A stretch of 28,300 bases of DNA, taken from positions 1-28,300 of the forward strand of contig CBFGJV010000024.1 of assembly GCA_965649205.1 (NCBI GenBank). Direction: 5' to 3'. Each line of letters opens with the position of its first letter. The first letter of the stretch is position 1. The notes beneath the pieces are model-generated. The model ran no database searches. It was given only the letters and a program-made list of their open reading frames with translations, and was not told the DNA's origin. This DNA is from a candidate division WOR-3 bacterium (GTDB taxonomy: Bacteria > Hydrothermota > Tepidihabitantia > Tepidihabitantales > Tepidihabitantaceae). The position numbers were made by a program, and so were the translations under genes. Of this stretch, positions 9,330-16,608 are shown one piece after another.

Positions 9330-10109
9330 CTAGCGCAACTGGAAAACCACCGGCCGGGCTACCACCGCACAACCAAAGGTGCCCAGCGCACCGGAAAGGT
9401 TGCCACCGGAAAGCACCAGGTCCAACGCAGACTTTTTCCAACCGCCGTTCACTGCTGTCACGTTTAGCACGTAATAACCGGGTACAGCATTGCCCAGCGA
9501 ATCCTGAAAGGCGCTCGCAGGAACCGTGCAGAAGGTATCTTTTCTGGAATCCGACCAGCCTGCGGCCGGGCTGAGCGTGTCTACTGGCGCCACGCTGACC
9601 AGATATGTCTGGCAGCTGTCCGCGTGCGTCCAGACCGCGTTCAGTGCCGCTAAGGGAAGTGAGTCTCCGCTCCGCGGCAACACTATGGAGAAACTGTCGG
9701 GAAGGAAGGCGTATCCGGTAATACGCTCGCCCTCGGGAGTGGTAATCTCCAGCTCATAGCGCCGGCAGTATTCCAGGTCCTTTCCCGCCCGGAAATAAAC
9801 ACCGCTGAGCCTCTCGCCTATCGCCTCCGCATTTATTTTCACTTCGCAACCGGCCAGAGGCTCAAGCTTGGCCGGAAATGGCTCAAAACTGGAATCTCCC
9901 GGCTCTGGGGTATTCATCCAGTCGTCGGTAAATATGTTCCGCACCGTGGCCCGGCCAACGAGCACAGAGGCGGTGTTACTTTCTGGTTCCAGAATCCTGG
10001 ACACCTGCGCGGTGACGACTATCTTCGTCCATTCCTCGCACGACAGTAGCGAAAGCAACCCGGCCGCCAGCGCCAGTCTTAAACCCAGAGGTATCAATCT
10101 GCCGCTCAT
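9330..10109 (-). CDS. Lipoprotein, beta-rich, DUF4249-like
   Basis: Lipobox LLSC after a hydrophobic stretch; ...GVY...YELEITTPEGERITGYAFLPDSFSI and a C-terminal GNLSGALGTFG resemble DUF4249 proteins. Confidence 0.6.
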   Translation of the reverse strand: MSGRLIPLGLRLALAAGLLSLLSCEEWTKIVVTAQVSRILEPESNTASVLVGRATVRNIFTDDWMNTPEPGDSSFEPFPAKLEPLAGCEVKINAEAIGERLSGVYFRAGKDLEYCRRYELEITTPEGERITGYAFLPDSFSIVLPRSGDSLPLAALNAVWTHADSCQTYLVSVAPVDTLSPAAGWSDSRKDTFCTVPASAFQDSLGNAVPGYYVLNVTAVNGGWKKSALDLVLSGGNLSGALGTFGCAVVARPVVFQLR

Positions 10110-10112
10110 AGT

Positions 10113-11366
10113 TCAGTCCTTGAACCTTATTTCTATGCGGTTTCCTTCCAGCCCTTTCACTTCCAGAGGCACGGCAATGCCTCGCGTGGCAAGGCCGTCC
10201 AGTATTTCCTGCGAACTGGTCTCAGATACTATCTCCAACGTAGCAGTAGAGCCTATCAAGTCCCTACTTACTACCGAAACCACCCCCCGCAGCTTGGCCT
10301 GTATTTCTGTCTTCAGCTTCTGCACCTTTTCAAAAGTGGCGTTGTCGGCAAGTATAAGCGTGACATTGGCCCGCTTTTTCCAGCCGGCAAGGATTTTGGC
10401 AATAAGCGCAGAACTGGCCGAATCCACCGCCTGACGTCTGGCTTCGTCCTCGGAAAAAGGCGTTTCTCTTGTCAGCGCGCAAGAACCGAGCACCTCGGAG
10501 CTGGCCGCATTTATTGCCCGGGCTGATAGTCTGAACTTGTAAAAGTCTGCGGTCGTGCCTGTATAAGGCACCTGCTTTCTTTCGCTGGAACGTTGATAGG
10601 TCCCGGCTACGACTATCTCCGCGCCAGTCTTGAGGCCGAGCAGCACCGCCGTGGCATTATCTCCTTCCAGAATTTTCTTCAATTGCTCCTTGTTCAAGTT
10701 CTTTTGCACCGTTGCCGCATCCACCACCGGAAAGCCTTTAGACTGAAATGCGTCCATAAACATCGTTTCCACCAGTTCCTGAGACATCATCTGGTCGGTA
10801 ACGGTGAAACTGGCCGGACTGGACACCTCCTTCACCAGCACCATCACCCGCGGTCTGCCTTGCTCGGCAAGAAGAATGCCGATAGCCGCCAGGTCGTTTT
10901 CAATCTTGTCCAGTTTCACCCGCGCCCGGATTACCACCCGGTAGAGCGAGCCTTCCTGAGTTTCGCTCAGAATCTGGTAGGAAGAAACGTATCCGCTGGC
11001 CTGAGAGTAAATCCGGTCTGAAATAAGTTGGAAATTCTGCACGCGGGTTTCAGAAGCGATAAACGTACCTACCCCCTGCTCTACCGCCTTTCTCAAAGCA
11101 TCCCGCAACGCCTGGTCCCGGGCCATATCCACAGCCCCGGTTGCAGGAATAGCGGCTACCCCCTCTGCCAGAACTTCTGTTCCTTCACCACCAGAGACAA
11201 TAACTTCTTTACCTGTCTGCGCGGAAGGAGAGGGCTGTGTCCCGGCCGGCGTCTGGGGTTGAGTCACATACACCGGCGTCACACAGCCAGCCAGAAATAT
11301 AAGCAAAACGGGAAACCACCCAGGCGCAAATCTGCCGGCCAGTTGGAGCCTGCGTTTGGCTTTCAT
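10113..11366 (-). CDS. Lipoprotein with FlgT-N-like domain and CsgG/TolB-N-like middle domain
   Basis: Lipobox LAGC, then a P/Q/T linker; AEGVA...ARDQALRDALRKAVEQGVGTFIASETRVQN...GYVSSYQILSE...YRVVIRARV (FlgT_N pattern); PRVMV...GFPVVD...GAEIVVAG (CsgG-like fold); SD GGGAGG. Confidence 0.7.
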   Translation of the reverse strand: MKAKRRLQLAGRFAPGWFPVLLIFLAGCVTPVYVTQPQTPAGTQPSPSAQTGKEVIVSGGEGTEVLAEGVAAIPATGAVDMARDQALRDALRKAVEQGVGTFIASETRVQNFQLISDRIYSQASGYVSSYQILSETQEGSLYRVVIRARVKLDKIENDLAAIGILLAEQGRPRVMVLVKEVSSPASFTVTDQMMSQELVETMFMDAFQSKGFPVVDAATVQKNLNKEQLKKILEGDNATAVLLGLKTGAEIVVAGTYQRSSERKQVPYTGTTADFYKFRLSARAINAASSEVLGSCALTRETPFSEDEARRQAVDSASSALIAKILAGWKKRANVTLILADNATFEKVQKLKTEIQAKLRGVVSVVSRDLIGSTATLEIVSETSSQEILDGLATRGIAVPLEVKGLEGNRIEIRFKD

Positions 11367-11375
11367 CTTTCCTCC

Positions 11376-12374
11376 CTAGAGAAGTATCTTCAACAGGAAC
11401 TTACCCGCCTGAGCCAAGAATTTGAAACCTTCCTTCAGCCATCTGACCTTGTCTGCGTCCTTTTCTTCCAGCACTATGTCCGCGCCCAGCTTGCCCGTTA
11501 CCTGTTTCACCTTTAGCACCAGCGGCACACCTGCCAGCTCCGGCCGGGAAAGCACCTTGTTCAAATCCGCCACAAAGTTCAGTGCCGCCTGACCGCCAGA
11601 CCCCAGATAACCGGCGTACTGCCTAGTATCCAGCAATAGATTGCCCTTGGCGTCGTATATGCGGGGGAATAAAGAAGGTTTCAGACCAGCCTCGCTGCCG
11701 TCCAGCACCAGAGCGGAGTACTGCTGGAGAAACTGTTTCACCTCGGGTGTGAGCGCAGGCGTCGCTGCCTGCTCCGGGCCCAGAACCGGGATAACCGCAT
11801 CAGCCAGACCGTTCTCATACAGAGGTATTTCCAGCTCCACTTCCACCGTACCCGCCAAAGAATCGTAACGAGCCGGCCCTGTCTGCCTGGCGCCCTTCAC
11901 CATCCCCTCCACCCGGGTATACACCACATCGTAATCGGTCATGAAGTTTTCCACCCGCGTCTCCGAACTCACCCGCACGCCTTTAATGATTTCCAGCAGA
12001 TTGCGCTGGGCTACCGCCACCGCCGCTCTCTCTGCCATCAACCGCGCTTGGGCTGGATTCGCGGCTCCCGGGTCTATTACGCCGGTGCCGCGCGCCCGTA
12101 CCACTCTGCCCGACCAGTCCACCGCTCCGCCCGGAACCTTCTCCACCACCTCGCCTGGCAGCACAATCGGCCCCACTGCCGGAGGCAGGCTGAAACTGGC
12201 GGTATCAACCGGAGCCCCGCTCAGCGGTGGCTGAGCCGGTGCCGCCGCACTTCCTTTGACCGCGGCTGTAGAAGTGGCACAACCAGCACCCCATACCAGC
12301 AACAGCCCGCAAACGGCAAGCGCCAGACTTACTTCTCGTTGTCTTCGCTGCATTATGCTATACTCTACCCGCAT
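11376..12374 (-). CDS. LPP20-family (FlgP-like) lipoprotein
   Basis: Lipobox GAGC; VRARGTG...ARLMAERAAVAVAQRNLLEIIKGVRVSSETRVENF...VEGMVKGA...VEVELEIPL is the LPP20/FlgP pattern; SD AGGAGG. Confidence 0.7.
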   Translation of the reverse strand: MRVEYSIMQRRQREVSLALAVCGLLLVWGAGCATSTAAVKGSAAAPAQPPLSGAPVDTASFSLPPAVGPIVLPGEVVEKVPGGAVDWSGRVVRARGTGVIDPGAANPAQARLMAERAAVAVAQRNLLEIIKGVRVSSETRVENFMTDYDVVYTRVEGMVKGARQTGPARYDSLAGTVEVELEIPLYENGLADAVIPVLGPEQAATPALTPEVKQFLQQYSALVLDGSEAGLKPSLFPRIYDAKGNLLLDTRQYAGYLGSGGQAALNFVADLNKVLSRPELAGVPLVLKVKQVTGKLGADIVLEEKDADKVRWLKEGFKFLAQAGKFLLKILL

Positions 12375-12384
12375 TCTTTCCTCC

Positions 12385-12960
12385 TTACTTCCTGGCTAAG
12401 GACAGCAGAGCTGTTTCCAAGGCCATCTTCAAGGCGCCGTCCGCACCCTCAAAATCAGAACCCTGTCCCGTGGCTGAATAAAGCACCTCGCCCGTTTCCA
12501 CCGCAATAATCTTCACATGCAGCTCGGCGTTGCGCTGCTCCGGGCTGTCGTCCCAGAAAGGGTCGTGCTTTACCGAGGTGATATTAATCACCAATACCGC
12601 TTCCGCTCCCAGCATTCTGCCCAGTCGCACCGCAGTAGCAGGGTCCACGAGACCAGAATAGGAAAACTGCTGTTCTTTCAGAAGTGCATCCACCCGCGCC
12701 CGGTCCACCAGCGTGAAACGACCTGTGCGCATCAGCACCGTCCCGGCATAATCGTAAAGAGCGTCCGTGCTCCCTTCGGACGAAGCCGCCTGAACTGGAG
12801 GCAGCACCGCTATTCGCCAAGTCTGCCGGGAATCAAGATTGGGGGATTTTGCGTGCTGCGCCGGCCCGGACAATGCCGCCACGGTGGCCGAGGAGAAACA
12901 TCCTGCCAGTAATAGACAGCAGGTTACCAGCGCCCACATTGCCAGTTTTTTTTTCTTCAT
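12385..12960 (-). CDS. CsgG/HfaB-family (FlgO/TolB-N-like fold) lipoprotein
   Basis: MKKKK...LLLAGC lipobox; RIAVLP...GRFTLVDRARVDALLKEQQF...DPATAVRLGRMLGAEAVL...KIIAVETGEVL is the CsgG-family signature. Confidence 0.8.
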   Translation of the reverse strand: MKKKKLAMWALVTCCLLLAGCFSSATVAALSGPAQHAKSPNLDSRQTWRIAVLPPVQAASSEGSTDALYDYAGTVLMRTGRFTLVDRARVDALLKEQQFSYSGLVDPATAVRLGRMLGAEAVLVINITSVKHDPFWDDSPEQRNAELHVKIIAVETGEVLYSATGQGSDFEGADGALKMALETALLSLARK

Positions 12961-12992
12961 AAAAATCTCTCCTTTGTCAAGTCTCTGGCGAG

Positions 12993-13020
12993 ATTATGCT
13001 TTCGGACCGACAGGTGTCAA
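12993..13020 (-). promoter_or_regulatory. Promoter of the lipoprotein operon
   Basis: TTGACA (13015-13020)-N16-CATAAT (12993-12998); SD AAGGAG downstream. Confidence 0.65.
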
Positions 13021-13084
13021 CCTGCCTACCATTTTTTATATACCATCGCGAGCCAAAATCTATTCCCTGCCACGGCGGAAGAAG

Positions 13085-13112
13085 TTGACAAACCCCAACC
13101 TTTTGCCATTAT
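13085..13112 (+). promoter_or_regulatory. Promoter of the HNH gene (divergent)
   Basis: TTGACA (13085-13090)-N16-CATTAT (13107-13112). Confidence 0.5.
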
Positions 13113-13133
13113 GAAAATGGCAGAGAGGTTTCC

Positions 13134-13952
13134 ATGTTGTGGTATTACCGCTGTCCTTCCTGTGGCCGTGAACTGGATATAGACTGGGACTTTCACCGCG
13201 AGGAAGCAATCTGCAACCACTGTCATCAACGCCACTATCCGCCTACACCCGGCGAAGACCACACCGCCTATTTTAGCGGAGACCGCTGGCCTCCGGAGAT
13301 GACCGATGCCGTAATTTCCCTGCGCGGCACCACCTGCTCTGTTCCGGGATGTTTCCAGAACTATACCACTCTGGCCCATCGCCGACCTTTGGCTGAGGGC
13401 GGACGTACTTCGGTGGAAAATCTCATACCCCTGTGCGCCGAACATGCCCGTCTCAAGGGGCTGCGAAACTACGACGAGTGGATACAGGAACTGCCTTCAG
13501 CCGCTCCGGCCAAGACTGTTGAAATCACCATCACCCATCACCAGAAAGAACCGACTGAAACCCGTTTACTGAGAAACTCTGGCAATCTGCGTCATCTTGT
13601 TGGCCTGGCCCGACCCGACCTCCTTTCTCCGGAACTCCACCCTGTAATTGCCACCCCCTTCATACCCGGCACCTCCCGCCGTCTTCTTTTTCACTACCAG
13701 TGGCGTCTGCATACAGAAACCGGCTTTCGGGTCGTGCTCGTTGCCTGGCCCCGCTTCAGCGCCGAAATGGCTTCTCCAAGTCTGCGACAGGTTGAAAACA
13801 TACACCAGGGCAAACGGGGCGATTCGGGCCGCAACCTCCTGGAACTGCATTTGGAAGGAGAACTAGATAATATGTGGGTGGCGGTAGTAGCCTGCGACCA
13901 CGGAGACAAAGACCTGTTGTTAGAAGAGTACCTTTTGTCTCTGGCTGACTAG
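13134..13952 (+). CDS. HNH-domain protein with N-terminal Zn ribbon and unknown C-terminal domain
   Basis: CPSC...CNHC; CSVPGC...AHRRPLAEGGRTSVENLIPLCAEHARLKG (HNH pattern); SD GAGAGG. Confidence 0.8.
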   Translation: MLWYYRCPSCGRELDIDWDFHREEAICNHCHQRHYPPTPGEDHTAYFSGDRWPPEMTDAVISLRGTTCSVPGCFQNYTTLAHRRPLAEGGRTSVENLIPLCAEHARLKGLRNYDEWIQELPSAAPAKTVEITITHHQKEPTETRLLRNSGNLRHLVGLARPDLLSPELHPVIATPFIPGTSRRLLFHYQWRLHTETGFRVVLVAWPRFSAEMASPSLRQVENIHQGKRGDSGRNLLELHLEGELDNMWVAVVACDHGDKDLLLEEYLLSLAD

Positions 13953-13965
13953 AGCCGAGTAGAAC

Positions 13966-15231
13966 CTACCGCTGCTGTCCGGCCAGAAGCAGTCGCACCT
14001 GCTCAACAATGTCGTGCTGCGGTACCTCTGTCTGCTCGCCTGTCGTCAGGTTCTTCAGCGAATATGTACCCCGCGCCAGCTCGTCTGCTCCCACTATGAC
14101 GCAACCGCTGGCCTGAGCCGCGTCTGCGGACCTGAACTGCTGCTTGGGTTTGCGGGCGTCAAAGTCAATCCGGCAGGGAATGCCTGCGGCCCGCAATTGA
14201 TCCATCACCCTGAGCGCAGGTTCCAGTTCCGCCTCGCTCATCCATACGACATAGACCAGCCTTGTTCTCGCTGGTTCCTCCCCTGGTGGACAAGCCAGCA
14301 TAGTCCGCTCCAGCCCTATGGCCAAACCCACCGCCGGCGTAGGTGCGCCCCCGAATTCCTCAAACAAATAGTCGTACCTGCCTCCACCGCCCAGGCTGTC
14401 CTGTGCGCCCAGACGAGAAGAAATATACTCAAAGGTGGTGCGGTTGTAGTAGTCCAGTCCCCGCACCAGCCGGTCGTTCAGTTCATAACGCACCTGCCAG
14501 AAATCAAGTGCGGCCAGCACACCTTGAAAGTGCTGCGCGCATTCCGGGCAGAGAAACTGCACCGGCTTAGGCGCATCCGCCACTGCCAGCCGGCAGGTCT
14601 CTACCTTGCAGTCAAACACCCGCAGCGGATTGCGCTCCATCCGCATCACACAGTCTGGACACAGATGTTCCCGAACACCGGCGAGGAATGTTACCAGCTT
14701 TTCCCGATACTCGGGCCGACAGTTGCGACACCCGATAGAAGTCAACTGGGTCACACAATCTGTTATGCCCAAAGTGGAAAAAAGCTCCACCCCGAAACGG
14801 ATAACTTCTGCATCTGTTCTCGGCTCCGCCTCGCCCAGAGCCTCTATTCCCAACTGCCAGAACTCCCGATAGCGTCCCTTCTGTGGTCGGCCATACCGGA
14901 AGAATTGCCCTATGTAATACAGACGGCAGGGCAGACGCAGACCGTTCTCCAAAACCGCACGCACCACTCCCGGAGTTCCCTCCGGCCGCAGTGTCAATTC
15001 TCTTCCCGCCCTGTCCCCGAAACTGTACATTTCCTTGGTGACAATGTCTGAAGCTGTACCCGAAGACTTTACAAACACTTCGGTGTGTTCGAACGTAGGT
15101 GTGATGATTTCGGCAAAACCATAACGTTCACACAGACTGCGGGCTATGGCCTCCAGTTCCCGTCTCTTGGCCGCCTCAGGCGGCACCCAGTCTTGGGTGC
15201 CTTTGGGTCGAGAGTGTTTAGGGTTGCTCAT
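13966..15231 (-). CDS. hisS: Histidine--tRNA ligase
   Basis: RPKGTQD, LRPEGT, FRYGRPQKGRYREF, RGLDYY, GGGRYD, GLER, C-terminal anticodon-binding domain. Confidence 0.97.
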   Translation of the reverse strand: MSNPKHSRPKGTQDWVPPEAAKRRELEAIARSLCERYGFAEIITPTFEHTEVFVKSSGTASDIVTKEMYSFGDRAGRELTLRPEGTPGVVRAVLENGLRLPCRLYYIGQFFRYGRPQKGRYREFWQLGIEALGEAEPRTDAEVIRFGVELFSTLGITDCVTQLTSIGCRNCRPEYREKLVTFLAGVREHLCPDCVMRMERNPLRVFDCKVETCRLAVADAPKPVQFLCPECAQHFQGVLAALDFWQVRYELNDRLVRGLDYYNRTTFEYISSRLGAQDSLGGGGRYDYLFEEFGGAPTPAVGLAIGLERTMLACPPGEEPARTRLVYVVWMSEAELEPALRVMDQLRAAGIPCRIDFDARKPKQQFRSADAAQASGCVIVGADELARGTYSLKNLTTGEQTEVPQHDIVEQVRLLLAGQQR

Positions 15232-15569
15232 CTGCTCCGTCCCAGTCTTTTCCCTACTTCAAAACACACCACCCCGACGAAAACACCTATGACATTTGCC
15301 CAGAGTTCCACCTTGTCATAGGTTCGATAGGAAAACTTCTTCTGCGCCAACTCCAGCCCCACTGCCAGCGGCAGAGAAAATAAGAGTGTCACCCAGGGCG
15401 TAGCTGCCTGACCCAAAGTTCCCAGCACCGTGAATAGAGCTGTATGGGTGACTTTATCCAGACCAGTCCAGAATGCCTTGGGCATTCTGTCGGCGGGTAA
15501 CAACATGGCGGCAACGGTCAACCCCACCCAGAACACATACAACACCCAGGCTACAACCCGCCGCTTCAC
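15228..15569 (-). CDS. VanZ-like membrane protein
   Basis: Hydrophobic 113 aa with DKVTH...F..LG, ELAQ...R..D...NVIG pattern; 4-nt overlaps with both neighbours. Confidence 0.7.
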   Translation of the reverse strand: MKRRVVAWVLYVFWVGLTVAAMLLPADRMPKAFWTGLDKVTHTALFTVLGTLGQAATPWVTLLFSLPLAVGLELAQKKFSYRTYDKVELWANVIGVFVGVVCFEVGKRLGRSR

Positions 15570-16183
15570 TTTCGGATGATTTCCTTGACCCGCATCAACC
15601 GGGTCAGCTCTCCCCGCTCGTTCTCGGCCAGCTTGAGAGTAATGGCTTTTACTGTCTGTTCAATGTCGGGTATCAGCACAAACTCCAGAGCGTTCACCCG
15701 ACGCCGCGTGCGTTCCATTTCGTCTGCCAATAGCTCCAGCGTCTTTTCCTTTTCGGCCAGCACCAGAAGCGAATCCAGCACTCTGTCCAGCGCCGCCAAA
15801 GCAAAGTCCAGCTCTCCCGAAGTTTTCGCATAACCGTAACACCTGGTTTTGCCTGTAACCTGCTTGCGAAACACCGGCACTTTCACATTCAGAATGTTCC
15901 GCGTTTCTACCTCCACCCGCACCTGCTTGGTGGGCAGCAGCATGGCCGCATCGAAGAATCTGGGGTCAAACGCATTCCGGGCCACAGCCAGCCGGCCCAT
16001 TACTCCGGCCATCTCTTTTTCCACCCGGGCCCGGTGCTCGCGCACCTCCCGCACCAGCTCCAGAATCCTCCGCATCAGCTCTTCCTGCTTGTCCTTCAGC
16101 AGCTTGTGTCCCCGCCGAGCCACGCCCAGCCGACGCTTGAGCTTCATCAACTGCATTCTGGTGGCGGCAACCTGCATTATCAT
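15566..16183 (-). CDS. ntpD: V/A-type ATP synthase subunit D
   Basis: TRMQLMKLKRRL..ARRGHKLLKDK, NILNVKVP, ERTRRRVNALEFVLIP...L.E.ER. Confidence 0.93.
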   Translation of the reverse strand: MIMQVAATRMQLMKLKRRLGVARRGHKLLKDKQEELMRRILELVREVREHRARVEKEMAGVMGRLAVARNAFDPRFFDAAMLLPTKQVRVEVETRNILNVKVPVFRKQVTGKTRCYGYAKTSGELDFALAALDRVLDSLLVLAEKEKTLELLADEMERTRRRVNALEFVLIPDIEQTVKAITLKLAENERGELTRLMRVKEIIRK

Positions 16184-16192
16184 CAGTCGGTT

Positions 16193-16220
16193 AGTCTAGA
16201 ATCACGCTTGGCGAAGTCAA
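16193..16220 (-). promoter_or_regulatory. Promoter, near-leaderless, for ntpD-vanZ-hisS
   Basis: TTGACT (16215-16220)-N16-TAGACT (16193-16198), 9 nt before ATG, no SD. Confidence 0.65.
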
Positions 16221-16555
16221 GCAGGACAAAGACCAGACTGGCAAGAAGCAGATACCGCTCCCCACCGCTGCCAGAAAAAAGTGTTCCAAAACTTCCATGG
16301 TTTTGCCGGGGAGTCCCCAGTGTACGGGCCGCCTAGGGGGCTGCCCGTCGCTGCGCAGACAGAAAAACGGTAACTATTTGATTCTGCATAAGATTGAACT
16401 GTCCTACCAGCAGAAAGAAGCAAAAACACACCAGCTGACAACAGCATAGACAGTCATTGCCCAAATCCAGTTGCCAAAGCAAGAGAAGGACGGCGCTTTC
16501 CGCTATTTCTGACAATAGCTCTGGTGCGGGCAAAGCCCTGTCTCAATTCATATTT

Positions 16556-16608
16556 CCCGGCCCGATTTGAGCGCCGGGCCGAGCACAGATAGAAGCCGCC
16601 TTGCGGCT
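16556..16608 (-). terminator. Two GC-rich hairpins immediately downstream of the C25 gene (possible terminator/stabiliser)
   Basis: agccgc/gcggct (16594-16608) and cggcccg/cgggccg (16558-16581); no strong U-tract. Confidence 0.35.

Noticed and set aside
14530..14740. Multiple CxxC motifs in HisRS
   Set aside because: A Cys-rich insertion domain is common in HisRS of many anaerobes.
14014..15051. 345-aa plus-strand ORF antisense to hisS (similarly 23973-24947 opposite yebC and 7790-8455 opposite sucCD)
   Set aside because: No recognisable motifs; long antisense frames are common opposite conserved genes in GC-rich DNA.
16381..16410. Possible dif site (TTATGCAGAAT resembles a XerD arm)
   Set aside because: The XerC arm does not match and the inner TAA/TTA symmetry is missing.
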